From an uncultured Candidatus Rokubacteria bacterium (GTDB lineage: Bacteria; Methylomirabilota; Methylomirabilia; Rokubacteriales; CSP1-6), in contig CAVYTA010000005.1 of assembly GCA_963771355.1 (NCBI GenBank), positions 192,001 through 256,000 of the forward strand: a stretch of DNA of 64,000 nucleotides, read 5' to 3'. Shown one piece after another: positions 9,263 to 21,140 of the stretch. The first letter of the stretch is position 1. Each line of letters begins with the position of its first letter. Below the pieces are notes generated by a model. That model was not told the DNA's origin. It saw only the letters and a program-made list of their open reading frames with translations, and did not search any database. Position numbers and translations under genes: made by a program.

Positions 9263-11206
9263 GTGACGACGCTCGTGTTGCTGCTCGCGCTTCCGGCCGT
9301 GCTCGGGCCGGCGCCCGGCGCCGCTCAGTCCCCAACGCCTCCCGCGGGTGAGACCGATCCGGCGCCGATGGTCCTCCACATTCTCGACTACGTGGCCGTG
9401 GACTATCCGGGCGCGGTGAAGGACGGCCGGGTGCTCGACGACGGCGAGTACAAGGAGCAGGTGGAGTTCGTGGCCCAGGCCCGTGCCCTCCTCGCGCGCC
9501 TGGCCTCGCGGCCCGAGCGGGCGGCGCTGGAAGCCCAGGCCGAACGCCTCATCGCGCTCGTGCGCGACAAACGCCCCGGCGCGGAGGTGGCCACGCTGGC
9601 CGGCGAGCTGCGCTGGGCCCTCATCGCCGCCTACCGGATCGAGGTGGCGCCCAAACGCCCGCCCGATCTCCGGCGGGGCGCCGCGCTCTACGCCGAGCGT
9701 TGCGCCCTCTGTCACGGTGCCACCGGCCACGGCGATGGGCCCGCGGGGACCCGCCTCGATCCCAAGCCCAGCGATTTCCACGACACGGAGCGCATGGCCC
9801 AGCGCAGCCTCTACGGTCTCTACAGCACCATCACCCTGGGCGTGGAGGGGACGGCCATGGTGGGGTTTCGCGCGCTCAGCGAAGACGAGCGCTGGGCGCT
9901 GGCCTTTCACGTGGCCGCGCTCGGCACGCCCGAAGCGGAGCGGCAACGGGGGATGGCGCTGTGGAACGCCGGGCAGGGGCGGACGGCCTTTCCCGATCTC
10001 GCGAGCATCGCCACGCGCAGCCCGCGCGAGGTCGAGGCCCGCCACGGCGCCGACGCGCGGGCGCTTCTCGCCTTCCTGCGCGCCCAGCCCGATGCGCTGG
10101 GCGCCAAGGGCAATGCCGCCCTGGCCTCCAGCCAGCGCCTCCTGCGCGACAGTGTGGAGGCGTACCGGGAGGGACGCGCGCGCGAGGCCCACGACCTCGC
10201 GGTCTCGAGCTATCTGGACGGCTTCGAGCTTGCGGAGCCGAGTCTCGATGCGGTGGACCGCGGCCTGCGCATGGAGGTGGAGGCGGAAATGCTTCGCTTC
10301 CGCGGACTCGTCAAGGACGGCGCCCCGCTGGCCGCGGTGGAGTCCCAGGCCCGCACGCTCGAGGGGCTGCTGGCCCGGGCGCGGGACGTCCTGGAGGTCG
10401 GCGGGCTGCCGGCCGGCGCCGTCTTCGCGTCGGCCTTCATCATCCTCCTGCGCGAGGGTCTCGAGGCCATCCTGGTGCTGGCCGCCCTCATCGCGTTGCT
10501 CGTCAAGGCGAACCGCCGCGACGCGCTGCCCTGGGTGCATGCGGGCTGGATCCTCGCCCTTCTGCTGGGCGGGCTGACCTGGTGGGTGGCTTCCACCGTG
10601 GTGAGGATCAGTGGGGCGACGCGCGAGATGACGGAAGGGGTGACCGCGCTCGTCGCCGCCGCGGTGCTCCTCTACGTCGGCTTCTGGATGCACGGCAAGA
10701 GCCGCGCCTCACGCTGGCACGCATTCCTGGAGTCGCGACTGGCGGGGGCGCTGTCCGCTCGCACCATGCGGGCGCTGGGTTTCGTGTCCTTCCTGGCGGT
10801 GTACCGGGAAGTGTTCGAGACGGTTCTGTTCTACGAGGCCCTGGCCGCCGAGGCCGGGCCCGGATCGACCTTGATGCTGCTGGGAGGCCTCGCGGCGGCC
10901 GCGGCAACCCTGGTTGTGCTGAGCTGGCTGATCGTGCGCGGCAGCCTGCGCATGCCGCTCGGCCTGTTCTTCGGCGTCTCCTCGGTCCTCATCGGCCTCC
11001 TCGCCATCGCCTTCGCGGGCAAGGGCATCGCCGCACTCCAGGAAGCCGGCTCCCTGCCCACTCACACGGTGAATATCCCGGCGGTGCCGCTCATCGGCCT
11101 CTATCCCAGCGCGGAGGGGCTCGTCGTCCAGGCCATCCTCCTCGTGGTGGTGATGGTGGGCTTCGCCTGGACCTCGCGCTCGGTCCGCTCCGCCCGGGCG
11201 CTTTGA
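9263..11206 (+). CDS. FTR1/EfeU/PbrT-family iron permease fused to a cytochrome c domain
   Basis: CALCHG heme-c motif; two RExxE motifs (LLREGLEA, VYREVFET); C-terminal TM helices; start approximate. Confidence 0.9.
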   Translation: MTTLVLLLALPAVLGPAPGAAQSPTPPAGETDPAPMVLHILDYVAVDYPGAVKDGRVLDDGEYKEQVEFVAQARALLARLASRPERAALEAQAERLIALVRDKRPGAEVATLAGELRWALIAAYRIEVAPKRPPDLRRGAALYAERCALCHGATGHGDGPAGTRLDPKPSDFHDTERMAQRSLYGLYSTITLGVEGTAMVGFRALSEDERWALAFHVAALGTPEAERQRGMALWNAGQGRTAFPDLASIATRSPREVEARHGADARALLAFLRAQPDALGAKGNAALASSQRLLRDSVEAYREGRAREAHDLAVSSYLDGFELAEPSLDAVDRGLRMEVEAEMLRFRGLVKDGAPLAAVESQARTLEGLLARARDVLEVGGLPAGAVFASAFIILLREGLEAILVLAALIALLVKANRRDALPWVHAGWILALLLGGLTWWVASTVVRISGATREMTEGVTALVAAAVLLYVGFWMHGKSRASRWHAFLESRLAGALSARTMRALGFVSFLAVYREVFETVLFYEALAAEAGPGSTLMLLGGLAAAAATLVVLSWLIVRGSLRMPLGLFFGVSSVLIGLLAIAFAGKGIAALQEAGSLPTHTVNIPAVPLIGLYPSAEGLVVQAILLVVVMVGFAWTSRSVRSARAL

Positions 11207-11313
11207 CGCGCGCGGGCGGCTATGGCAGGATCGTCGGGATCAGACGAGCCCGCGGGGCCCGCGCCGAGGCCACGAACCGGCAGCCGAGTCAACGCCCGAA
11301 TCAGGAGCCATCA

Positions 11314-13029
11314 ATGCGCAAGTACCTCGACATCAAGCTGGACGACCGTACCGTCACCACGCGTGAGCTGTCCGGCGAGGCCGTGGTCAAGGCCGGCCGG
11401 TACTTGATCGCCAAGACGCTCCTCGAGGCCGGCGCCGCCACCGTGGACCCGCTCTCGCCGGCGAACCCGCTGATCTTCTCGGCGGGGCCCTTCGCGGGCT
11501 CGAGCTTCTCCAACGCCAACCGCACCAGCGTGGGCTGCAAGAGCCCGCTCACCGGCGGCGTCAAGGAGGCCAATGGCGGGGGCACCTTCAGCTATGGGCT
11601 CGGCCAGCAGAAGATCGCCGGCTTCACCCTGCACGGCGTCTCGCCCACCTGGGTGGTGCTCCACTTCAAGAAGGACGGCGGCATCGACTGGGACGACGCG
11701 ACCCCGTACCTGGGCAAGGGGAACTTCGAGGCCCAGGCCATGCTGCACGCCCGCTACGGCAAGAAGGTGACCATCGGCCTTTGCGGGCCCGTGGGCGAGT
11801 ATCAGGGTCTCATCGCCGGCATCGCCTTCAGCGACAAGGACGGCCGCCCCGCCCGCCTCTCCGCACGCGGCGGCGTCGGGGCGGTGATGGGGGCCAAGAA
11901 GGTCAAAGCCATCGTGGTGGACCTGGATCGCATCCCGCCCTTCGAGGATTCCAAGAAGGTCAACGCCGCCATCAAGAGCTACGCCAAGCTGCTGCAGGAC
12001 GACTCCATGGTGAAGAACTTCTACGCGAAGATCGGCACCATGGGCATGGCCGACCTCCAGAACGCGCTGGGCGGGCTTCCGGTGAAAAATTTCAGCGCCG
12101 GCCAGCAAGCCGACGTGGCGGCGGGGGAGAAGTTCAAGATGGGCGGTGAGCACATCGCACCCTTGAACGTGTCGCGTGGCGGCGATCACACGCACGCCTG
12201 CATGCCCGGCTGCGTGATCCAGTGCAGCAACGTCTATCACGACGCCGCCGGCAAGGAAGTGGTCTCGCCGGTCGAGTACGAGACCCTCGGGCTCCTGGGC
12301 ACGAACTGCGGGCTCAGTGACCCCGACGACCTCGCCCAGATGAACTTCATCGCCAACGACCTGGGCGTGGACACCATCGAGCTGGGCGCCATGATCGCGG
12401 TGCTGATGGAGGCGGGGCTCGGCGTGTTCGGCGACGTGAAGTTCATGACCGACACCCTCGCCGAGATCCGCCAGGGCACCGCCAACGGCCGCATCTGGGC
12501 GCAGGGCACCGCGCGCGTCGGTGAGCACTACAAGGTGCGGCGCGTGCCCGTCATCAAGAAGCAAGCTATCAGCGCGTATGATCCACGTGTCGTCGAGGCC
12601 ACCGGGGTCACCATGATGGCCACCGCGCAAGGGGCGGACCACACCGCCGGTAATCTCCCGCGGCTCAAGACCCGTGAGATGGAGCTGCCCGCCATCATCG
12701 AGCAGAGCCTGCTCCAGCAGGCCCGGGTAGCGGCGAGCGACTCGCTGGGGCTCTGCATCTTCGGCGGCGGCGTCACCACCGCCAACCTCGACTTCATCAC
12801 CGACGCCATCAATTCCGCCCACGGCACGAGCCTGACCAAGGATTTCTTCGAGGCGCTGGGGCGGGACACCCTCAAGCTCGAGTGGGAGTTCAACCGGCAG
12901 GCGGGCTTCACCGACAAGGACGACGAGCTGCCCGGGTTCTTCTACTCCGAGCCCTTGCCGCCGACCAACCACGTAGCGCGCTTCCACGGGGCGGAGGTCC
13001 ACGGCATGTACGCGAAGCTGCCCGCCTGA
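11314..13029 (+). CDS. Aldehyde:ferredoxin oxidoreductase family (W/Mo-pterin)
   Basis: KSPLTGGVKEANGGG, ARGGVGAVMGAKKVKAI, CMPGCVIQC, EYET, DLGVDTI, DSLGLC. Confidence 0.92.
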   Translation: MRKYLDIKLDDRTVTTRELSGEAVVKAGRYLIAKTLLEAGAATVDPLSPANPLIFSAGPFAGSSFSNANRTSVGCKSPLTGGVKEANGGGTFSYGLGQQKIAGFTLHGVSPTWVVLHFKKDGGIDWDDATPYLGKGNFEAQAMLHARYGKKVTIGLCGPVGEYQGLIAGIAFSDKDGRPARLSARGGVGAVMGAKKVKAIVVDLDRIPPFEDSKKVNAAIKSYAKLLQDDSMVKNFYAKIGTMGMADLQNALGGLPVKNFSAGQQADVAAGEKFKMGGEHIAPLNVSRGGDHTHACMPGCVIQCSNVYHDAAGKEVVSPVEYETLGLLGTNCGLSDPDDLAQMNFIANDLGVDTIELGAMIAVLMEAGLGVFGDVKFMTDTLAEIRQGTANGRIWAQGTARVGEHYKVRRVPVIKKQAISAYDPRVVEATGVTMMATAQGADHTAGNLPRLKTREMELPAIIEQSLLQQARVAASDSLGLCIFGGGVTTANLDFITDAINSAHGTSLTKDFFEALGRDTLKLEWEFNRQAGFTDKDDELPGFFYSEPLPPTNHVARFHGAEVHGMYAKLPA

Positions 13030-13673
13030 CCCGGTCCGGGGATTCCGCCGCGGAGACGGAGTCCGCCGCGCTCCAGCACGAGGAGCGCGGCGAGCAGATA
13101 GGCGAGCCCCAGGGTGAAACCACCCAGCACGTCCGAGATCCAGTGCATGTCCAGGTAGAGCCGGCTCGCCGCCACCACCACCACCGTCGCCCCCGCGAGC
13201 GCGCCGCCCAGCACGCGCCAGCGCCGCCGAGCGCGCGACCCCGCCAGCACGTAGGCCGCCAGGCCGAGCAGCACCACCAGGCTCAGCACATGGCCGCTGG
13301 GGAAGCCCCAGGGCTCCAGATTGGGCCGGGGCCGATCGATCAGGCGCTTGGCCACCAACTGCAGCACCCCCGTGCCCGCCATGAAGAGGGGGATGAGCAG
13401 GGCGTGACGCCGATTGCCCCGCCAGGTCATGGCCGAGACCAGCAGGATGAGCAGGATCAGCCCCCCGGCGTCTCCGAGTGAGGTGACCGCGCCCATGCCG
13501 GCGCCCAGGGCCGGCCCCTGGGTCTGCTGAACCAGCCGGCGTACCCCCTGGTCAAAACTACCCAGGTAGTCGTGGATGGCCAGGGCGGCGACCGAGAGAA
13601 AGGCGACGGTGGACAAGGCGGTCGCTCCCCTCAGGGGATCCCGAAGCCACCGCCAGACCGGGCCAATCCGCAT
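12942..13673 (-). CDS. PAP2-family membrane phosphatase
   Basis: KRLIDRPRP, FPSGH, SRLYLDMHWISDVLGG; 3' end overlaps the AOR gene. Confidence 0.88.
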   Translation of the reverse strand: MRIGPVWRWLRDPLRGATALSTVAFLSVAALAIHDYLGSFDQGVRRLVQQTQGPALGAGMGAVTSLGDAGGLILLILLVSAMTWRGNRRHALLIPLFMAGTGVLQLVAKRLIDRPRPNLEPWGFPSGHVLSLVVLLGLAAYVLAGSRARRRWRVLGGALAGATVVVVAASRLYLDMHWISDVLGGFTLGLAYLLAALLVLERGGLRLRGGIPGPGQAGSFAYMPWTSAPWKRATWLVGGKGSE

Positions 13674-13732
13674 CCGTCAGATTGTCACACAGTCCGTAAG
13701 CCCTTGGTATCCCGGTTGCAGTAGCGGAGGCC

Positions 13733-14803
13733 ATGCGCGTCCTCCGTGGCCTGGCGCTCGTCGCCGGCCTCATCGTGGTTCTCGTCCTGCTGGTGCGACT
13801 GGGCGCGGACTCCGTATGGACGTCGATACGCTCGGTGAGTCCTGCCCAGCTCATCCTCCTCTGCCTCATCTATGGTGTCTCCCAGGTGCTCGACACCATC
13901 GGCTGGCGTTGCGCGTTCGCGCGCGCGCGCGTGCCGTTCTTCCGGCTGCTCGCGGCGCGCTCGGCCGGCGAGGCGGTGAACGCAGTGACCGTGCTGGGCG
14001 GGGTGGGCGGCGAGCCCGTGAAGGCCTGGCTGGTGAGCGACGAGGCCTCGAAGGAAGAGAGCGTGGCCTCGGTGATCATCGCCAAGACCGCCATCACCGC
14101 GGCCCAGCTCGTGCTCCTCTTCGTCGGCACGGTGCTGGCGCTCACCACGCTGGACCTCGACGGCCTCGTCGTGCGCGCAATGCTCGGGCTGCTCGTGATC
14201 GAGGCGCTCGCGGTGGGCGGATTCTTCGCGCTGCAGGTGACGGGCGTGATCGGCAAGTCGCGCCGCGTGCTCGCCGCGGTGGGGGTGCCCACCGCGGGCC
14301 TGCACGTGTATCGCCTGGATCGCGCGCTCCGTGGCTATTACGCGAAGGAATGGCCGCGATTCCTGGCGTCGGTGGCCTGGCACTTCGCCGGCTGGTTGGT
14401 GGCGGTGGTCGAGGCGGCCTACGCGCTGCACCTCGTGGGCGTGGGGAGCGGGCTGAGTGTCGCCGCGGTGGTGGAAGCCCTCGGCGCCGGCGTGCGCTTC
14501 CTCACCTTCTTCGTGCCCGCCAGCGTGGGGGTGCTCGAGAGCGCCAACGCCGCCGTCTTCGTGACGCTGGGGTTCGGCGCCAGCGCGGGGCTCGCCTTCA
14601 CCCTGCTGCGGCGGGCCCGTCAGGCCATCTGGGTGGTGGCGGGGATCGTGGTGCTCGCGGCGATGCGCGCGCGGTGGGTGCGCGCGCAGTGGACCCGTTT
14701 TGTCGCGCCGATCACGCTCAAGCGGCGCGGGAGGGCGGAGAAGGGGCGGGCGCGGCGACGAGCAGCCGCAGCGCGCGCGGCAGCACCTCGATCTCGTCCT
14801 TGA
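13733..14803 (+). CDS. Lysylphosphatidylglycerol-synthase TM-domain (flippase-like) protein
   Basis: Multi-TM; GGVGGEPVK, VPASVGVLE motifs. Confidence 0.78.
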   Translation: MRVLRGLALVAGLIVVLVLLVRLGADSVWTSIRSVSPAQLILLCLIYGVSQVLDTIGWRCAFARARVPFFRLLAARSAGEAVNAVTVLGGVGGEPVKAWLVSDEASKEESVASVIIAKTAITAAQLVLLFVGTVLALTTLDLDGLVVRAMLGLLVIEALAVGGFFALQVTGVIGKSRRVLAAVGVPTAGLHVYRLDRALRGYYAKEWPRFLASVAWHFAGWLVAVVEAAYALHLVGVGSGLSVAAVVEALGAGVRFLTFFVPASVGVLESANAAVFVTLGFGASAGLAFTLLRRARQAIWVVAGIVVLAAMRARWVRAQWTRFVAPITLKRRGRAEKGRARRRAAAARAAAPRSRP

Positions 14804-15590
14804 CCGGGCCCTTCACCACCGAGACTCGCCGGCCGCGCACGAGGAGAGCGTCCGCGGCGGCGGTAGGCAGGCGCAGCAGCCGGCGCAGCAATCGGCCCCA
14901 CAGCGCCAGCCGGGTGGTGCGGGGCAGCACGAAGACGTCCAGCAGCCCGTCGGTGGGCGAGGCCGCGGGAGTGAGGCTCAGGAATCCCCCGTACGCCTCG
15001 ACATTGGCCACCGTGACCAGCGCCGCCTGCCGGGACACGGTCCGGCCGTCGACCTCGACTCGGATGGCGCCACGCAGTGGCTCGACGAGAAAGCGCCGCG
15101 CGGTCCACACGTAGGCCAGGAGCCGCCGCAGCCGGGAGCGGGGCTGGGCGCCCACTGCTTCCACCGCGGCCTGGATGTCCGCCAGCATGCCGTAGCTCGA
15201 GTGACAGAGGAAGATCTCGCCGTTGGCGGCCGCCGCGTCGGCGCGGATGATCTCGCCGTGGTCGAGCAGCTCCACCACCGCCTCCACTTGGCCGCGGTGT
15301 CCGAAGGCCCGCGCGAAGAGATTGCCGAAGCCGCTCGGCACCGGCACGAACGGGATCTGGTGGCGTATCGCCACCCGCGCCGCCGCGCTCATGGTGCCGT
15401 CGCCGCCCACGCAGACGAGGTGCGAAATGCGCGCGCCGCGAGGACGGCGCCAGCGGGCGAGGCGGCGGAGATCCGCGATGGCGTCGAGCCGCGTCCGCCA
15501 GCCGCGCGCTTCGAGCGCGACCTGCAGCCGGCGCGCCAGGGCCAGCGCGCGGCCATTGCCCGAGCCCGGGGTTGCGAAGATCTGGATCAT
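14718..15590 (-). CDS. Diacylglycerol/lipid kinase family (YegS/DgkB-like)
   Basis: [41 protein letters not shown]. Confidence 0.85.
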   Translation of the reverse strand: MIQIFATPGSGNGRALALARRLQVALEARGWRTRLDAIADLRRLARWRRPRGARISHLVCVGGDGTMSAAARVAIRHQIPFVPVPSGFGNLFARAFGHRGQVEAVVELLDHGEIIRADAAAANGEIFLCHSSYGMLADIQAAVEAVGAQPRSRLRRLLAYVWTARRFLVEPLRGAIRVEVDGRTVSRQAALVTVANVEAYGGFLSLTPAASPTDGLLDVFVLPRTTRLALWGRLLRRLLRLPTAAADALLVRGRRVSVVKGPVKDEIEVLPRALRLLVAAPAPSPPSRAA

Positions 15591-15687
15591 CACCCCAGGA
15601 GCAGCAAGGCGGCTGCCAGGGTCAGTGCGCGCCAAGTGCCCGTGGGGATGGAGCGCGCGCCCCCTCCCGGGCGGCCCGCGGTACCCT

Positions 15688-16491
15688 CTACCCGGTAGTT
15701 TGCGGCCGCCGCGGGCCCGCGCGCTCGGCGCTCCCGGCCAGCAGGACGCCGCTCACCACGAGAATCGGCACCGCCAGCCCGATGAGAGTCCAGGTGACCC
15801 GCACCGCCTCGCCGCCGATGCCACCGCCATGGAGAAGGCGGACGTGCGCGAGGATCCCGTCCGGCGGGCCGCCCAGCACGGCCGCGAAGGCGAGCAGCGC
15901 GCCGGTGAGACCCAGGAGGCCGTTGACCGCGAGGGTCAGAGCGCCCAGCAGACGGTGCAACCCGCCGCCGCTGGGCCGCCGGCGGGAAGGATGCGCGCGC
16001 CGCCGCCGCCACGTGGACGGCGGCCAGAGCCAGAGCCCCGTCGCTCCCTCGACCAGGAGCAGCAGCCCCAGCAGTCCCACGATGGCGGAGCCGGGGCGGC
16101 CCATGTGCAGCGAGGTGTGAAGCCGGTGCACCGCCACCAGGACGGAGCGATCGGGGAACCGGCTGCCGAGCACGGTGCCGCGATAGGGATCCACCCAGAC
16201 CTCCACGCGGTCGCCGCGCCACCGGAGCTCGATCCGGTGCGGCTCCCGTGCGGAGCGCGCGAGCCGGACCGCGCGCGGCTCGGCGCCCGGGTACCGGGCG
16301 CGGGCGCTGGCCACGGCGGCGTCGAGCGAGGCGGCCGACGCCGCGGGCTCGACCGCCGGCGGCCGTCCGTCGAGGGCCGCGCCGAGCTCCTCGCGATAGA
16401 CCAATGCCGAGCCGCTCAGGCCGAGGACCAGGACCACGGGACCGGTGAGCAGCCCGATCCAGCGGTGCACGCGAACGACGGCGGGGCGCAT
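15688..16491 (-). CDS. PepSY-associated TM helix protein (short)
   Basis: [34 protein letters not shown]. Confidence 0.8.
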   Translation of the reverse strand: MRPAVVRVHRWIGLLTGPVVLVLGLSGSALVYREELGAALDGRPPAVEPAASAASLDAAVASARARYPGAEPRAVRLARSAREPHRIELRWRGDRVEVWVDPYRGTVLGSRFPDRSVLVAVHRLHTSLHMGRPGSAIVGLLGLLLLVEGATGLWLWPPSTWRRRRAHPSRRRPSGGGLHRLLGALTLAVNGLLGLTGALLAFAAVLGGPPDGILAHVRLLHGGGIGGEAVRVTWTLIGLAVPILVVSGVLLAGSAERAGPRRPQTTG

Positions 16492-16548
16492 GGCGTGAGA
16501 GCCTACGCGGAGGTCCAGGACCCGTCAACGCCGGTGTATGATCCCCGC

Positions 16549-17535
<987 letters not shown>

Positions 17536-17554
17536 GCCCGACCCGCCGCGCCGG

Positions 17555-19168
17555 TCACTTGTCGAGCCAGGTGTCCTGGAGCCGGCAGCAGTTGTAGACG
17601 ACGTTGTGCGGGATCAGGTTCTTCACGTAGGGATGGTGGGCGAAGCGGTCCACCCGCCAGCCCATGATGGGCCGCGGGGCCTCTTCCTCGAGCCGCTTCT
17701 GGATCTGGGCCACCAGGACCAGGCGCTTGGCGGCGTCCGTCTCCTGCGACTGCTGCTCGATCAGCTTCATGATGCCCTCATCGCAGTGCCCGCTGTAGTT
17801 GCGGGACGAGCCGCAGGCGTAATTCTCGAAGAAATTGCCGTCGGGATCGTCCACCCCGAGCCCGGTGAGGTTGGCCGCGACCTGGAACTCCCGGCGGGTG
17901 GCGAGGGGATGCCACTGCGCCGTCTCCACCTGCTTCAGCGTGGCCTCCACCCCGACCGCCTTCAGCTCGTTGATCACGAAGGCGGCGAAGTCGAGATAGA
18001 TGGCGATGGCGCGGGTGGCCATCTCCACGCGCAGGGGATGGCCGGGGCCGAAGCCCGCTTCCGCCAGCAGCTTCTTGGCGCGCCCCTTCTCGTCGGGGCC
18101 CTTGCCATACCCCGCGAGCTGGGTGAGGTCCTTCTCGGCGAGTCCCCACACGCCCCAGGGCTTGGGGGAGAGCGAGGCGCCCACGACGGCGCTGCCACGG
18201 TGCACCGCCTGCACGTACGAGCGCCGGTCGATGGCGAGGCTGAACGCGCGCCGGACCTTCACGTTGTCGAAGGGCGGCCGGGTGGTGTTGATGAGGATGT
18301 TCTCGTTGACGTTGGTGGAGGTGACCGTGAACACCATCTTCGGCACCGAGCCCTTGAGCTGCTCGGCGATGTCCACGGTGGTGTCGCCCGGATAGGCCAC
18401 GTCCACCTGACCGGCCTGCAGCGCGGCCACCCGCGTGCCGCGCTCGACCACCACGATGTAGCGCACCCCGTCGAGATAGGGCCGGCCCTTCACGAAGTAG
18501 TCGGGGTTCTTCACCAGGTCCACGGTCTCGCCGCGCTTCCACTCCTTGAACTTGAAGGGGCCGGTGCCGATGCAGCGCGAGCGATGCTCGGCGAGCGGCA
18601 CGTGGGCGGGAATCACCGGCGAATAGCCGGAGGCGAGCATGACCAGCAGCGAGGGCTGCGGCCGCTTCAGCCGGAACACCACCGTGTGGGCATCCGGCGC
18701 CTCGATGGCGTCGACGTTGCTGTACCACTCCTTGCGGGGGTTCAGACGGAGCTTCGCGGAGGCGTCGGCCGCCTCGCGGACCACGTCGAAGGTGAACTTC
18801 ACGTCGCGGGAGGTGAAGGGCTTGCCGTCGTGCCAGCGCACGTCCTTCCGGAGGAAGAATACGAGGTTCCGGTAGCCGTCCTGCCAGGACCACCGCTCGG
18901 CCAGCTCGGGCATGATGTTCTCGGGACGCTCCATCTGCTTGAGCTGGTCGAAGACCACGAGGTTGGAGTAGCAGGGCATGGCGGGCCAGGTGACCGAGTT
19001 GGTCGCGCTCTCGTGAATGGCGAATCCCTGCGGGAGATCCTCACGGTGCACCAGCTTGAGCACCCCGCCCGGCTTGCCCTCGCGCGGCGCGGGCGCCTGC
19101 GCGAAGGCGGGAACGGCGAGGAGGAGCAGGGTGACGACGAGGCCGATCACCGGCCGGGACTGGCGCAT
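17555..19168 (-). CDS. ABC transporter substrate-binding protein, family 5 (peptide/nickel)
   Basis: Signal peptide; WHDGKPFTSRDVKFT, IGTGPFKF, PFDNVKVRRAFSLAIDR. Confidence 0.9.
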   Translation of the reverse strand: MRQSRPVIGLVVTLLLLAVPAFAQAPAPREGKPGGVLKLVHREDLPQGFAIHESATNSVTWPAMPCYSNLVVFDQLKQMERPENIMPELAERWSWQDGYRNLVFFLRKDVRWHDGKPFTSRDVKFTFDVVREAADASAKLRLNPRKEWYSNVDAIEAPDAHTVVFRLKRPQPSLLVMLASGYSPVIPAHVPLAEHRSRCIGTGPFKFKEWKRGETVDLVKNPDYFVKGRPYLDGVRYIVVVERGTRVAALQAGQVDVAYPGDTTVDIAEQLKGSVPKMVFTVTSTNVNENILINTTRPPFDNVKVRRAFSLAIDRRSYVQAVHRGSAVVGASLSPKPWGVWGLAEKDLTQLAGYGKGPDEKGRAKKLLAEAGFGPGHPLRVEMATRAIAIYLDFAAFVINELKAVGVEATLKQVETAQWHPLATRREFQVAANLTGLGVDDPDGNFFENYACGSSRNYSGHCDEGIMKLIEQQSQETDAAKRLVLVAQIQKRLEEEAPRPIMGWRVDRFAHHPYVKNLIPHNVVYNCCRLQDTWLDK

Positions 19169-19339
19169 GGGAACCTCCGTGGGCGGGGGAGAGCCGAGGG
19201 CACGATACCGTGATGGTACCGGGATCGCGGCGCGGCGACAAGGCGCTCGCGTTCCTTTGCGCCGCTCCGTGGGCACGTGGTATCCATGGTGGGTCGAGGG
19301 AGTGTCGAGTGGAGTGCACCCATTGCCAGGAGGCCGCCC

Positions 19340-19618
19340 GTGACTGTCGACCGCTACACCAGGGTCGTGCTGACCGTCATCGCCGTCGCGCTCACGGTCC
19401 TCGCCGTGCGCCCGTGGATTCCGGAGCCGGGTCCCGCCCAGGCCCAGACGACGAGCCCGAGGTACGAGGTGGTGGTCCCGAAGGACTGGGGCAAGCTCGT
19501 CGCCTTCGGCAACAACAACCTCCTCCTCGAGGCGCCGGACAAGAGCCTGCGCATCGTCGACGTGGAGGGCAAGGCGCCGGAGTATCCGAAGGTGAAGGCG
19601 CACATCCGTTGGCAGTGA
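19340..19618 (+). CDS. Small membrane-anchored hypothetical protein
   Basis: AGGAGG SD; N-terminal TM helix; host-like codon usage. Confidence 0.7.
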   Translation: MTVDRYTRVVLTVIAVALTVLAVRPWIPEPGPAQAQTTSPRYEVVVPKDWGKLVAFGNNNLLLEAPDKSLRIVDVEGKAPEYPKVKAHIRWQ

Positions 19619-19995
19619 TGGCGCGCGCCCGTATCCTCGCTGTCTCTCTGCTGGCCTTCGTCGCCGTCGGCGCCCCGATGATGGGGACCCGGACCGCGGG
19701 GGCCCAGTCGGCGAGCACGGACTCCTTCCGGGTGGAGGTGGACCGTGAGGCACCCACCCGGGGCGCGATCGCGGGCTGGCTCTACAACGACAGCCGCGAT
19801 ACGGTGGGGTTGGTGCGCCTGCGTCTCGAGGTGATCGACGACGACGGGAAGGTGGTGGAGCGCCAGCAGGGCTGGGCCTACGGCAACCTGCGGCCCGGCG
19901 ATCGTGCCTTCTTCCGCCTCCCGATCCCCGAGCGGAAGGGGACGCGGCGCATCACCGTCGAGTCCTTCGTGATCCAGTCGGTGCAGTCGCCCTGA
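19618..19995 (+). CDS. Secreted FxLYD-like Ig-domain protein
   Basis: Signal peptide; IAGWLYN...VRLRLEVIDDDG...G.LRPGDRAFF; TGATG coupling to the upstream gene. Confidence 0.65.
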   Translation: MARARILAVSLLAFVAVGAPMMGTRTAGAQSASTDSFRVEVDREAPTRGAIAGWLYNDSRDTVGLVRLRLEVIDDDGKVVERQQGWAYGNLRPGDRAFFRLPIPERKGTRRITVESFVIQSVQSP

Positions 19996-20020
19996 CGTCC
20001 GACCGACCCGCGCGCGCGGG

Positions 20021-21073
20021 CTAGACGCCCGCCCGCTTGAGAGTGGCCTCGATGTTGGCGGGGCTGGGGGCGCGCTTCCCGGCCTCGACCTCGCGCATGG
20101 TCTCGATCACCGCGTTGGAGACCGGCGTCTTCACGCCGCGCTCGCGGCCCTGAGCCGCCACGTGGCCGTTCATGTACTCGATCTCGGTGGGCCGGCCCTT
20201 GATCACGTCCTGCGCCATGGAGGCGCGCCAGTTCCGCCCGCTCGCGGCCGCCGGGGTTAGCATCCGGTCCAGCGCCTCCCAGGTCTCGCGCTGATCCGCC
20301 CGCGCCCACTCCTCGGCCTCGACGCCGCCGAACTTGGGAATGCGCAGGCCCGCGGCCAGGCCCACGCGGGCGGATTCCGCGGCCAGATGGATGGTGATGG
20401 CGCGGCCGGCCTCGCTGGAGGCGACCTCGAGATTGCCCAGCCCGGTCATGGCCTGCACGGGATTGCCCATGCAGTTCTGCGACAGCTTGCACCAGCGCTC
20501 CCCCCACAGATTGTCGGTGGCCCGCGAGCCATCGATCACGGAGCACATCTCCGCCAGCTCGTTCACGCGCGGGGTGATCCGCCCGTCGTGCTCGCCGGGC
20601 CGGAAGACGTCGTGGCCCTTGCCGGTGCCTCGCTCCATGCCGCGCTCGACTTGACCCGGCTTCCAGAGGGCCACGCCGATCTTGGACATGATGAGCCCCA
20701 CCGAGCGGCCCGCCCCCGCCACCGCGGCCACCATGGGGTCCGGCCAGCAGTTCTGGGACGACACCACATAGCCCTCGGGGGAGAGATGGCGCAGGGCGAG
20801 CTGGGTGGCCCACGGCGTGTCGTAGGCCTTCATGGCCACGAAGGCGATCTCGAAGTCTCGCGGCAGACGGGCCGCGTCGTTGAGATGCACCGCGGTGGGC
20901 CGCGCCTCGAAGGGATCGTGCGGTCCCGTGACCGAGATTCCCTTCTGGCGAATCGTCTCGACCTGCTCCGCCCACGGGTCCACCAAGGTCACGTCGTGGC
21001 CCGAGCGGGTGAGGAAGGCCCCCAGATAGCTGCCGATCGCCCCTGCGCCGATGAAGAGGATTTTCTTTGGCAT
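20021..21073 (-). CDS. Ketopantoate reductase (PanE/ApbA) family
   Basis: FIGAGAIG, AMKAYD, RWCKL, SMAQD...RPTEIEYMNG. Confidence 0.88.
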   Translation of the reverse strand: MPKKILFIGAGAIGSYLGAFLTRSGHDVTLVDPWAEQVETIRQKGISVTGPHDPFEARPTAVHLNDAARLPRDFEIAFVAMKAYDTPWATQLALRHLSPEGYVVSSQNCWPDPMVAAVAGAGRSVGLIMSKIGVALWKPGQVERGMERGTGKGHDVFRPGEHDGRITPRVNELAEMCSVIDGSRATDNLWGERWCKLSQNCMGNPVQAMTGLGNLEVASSEAGRAITIHLAAESARVGLAAGLRIPKFGGVEAEEWARADQRETWEALDRMLTPAAASGRNWRASMAQDVIKGRPTEIEYMNGHVAAQGRERGVKTPVSNAVIETMREVEAGKRAPSPANIEATLKRAGV

Positions 21074-21140
21074 GGCGCGGATTATGGCATGGCGGAGGAA
21101 ACATTGACAGCCCTTGGCGGCGCGTGATACCCGAGCCAGG

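Noticed and set aside
11207..11313. Moco/Tuco riboswitch upstream of the AOR gene
   Set aside because: Context fits, but the conserved elements of the motif could not be recognised and the region is short
9700..13029. 1109-aa ORF as a giant AOR fusion
   Set aside because: The N-terminal ~540 aa is an off-frame shadow of the FTR1 gene; the real start is the ATG at 11314 after AGGAG
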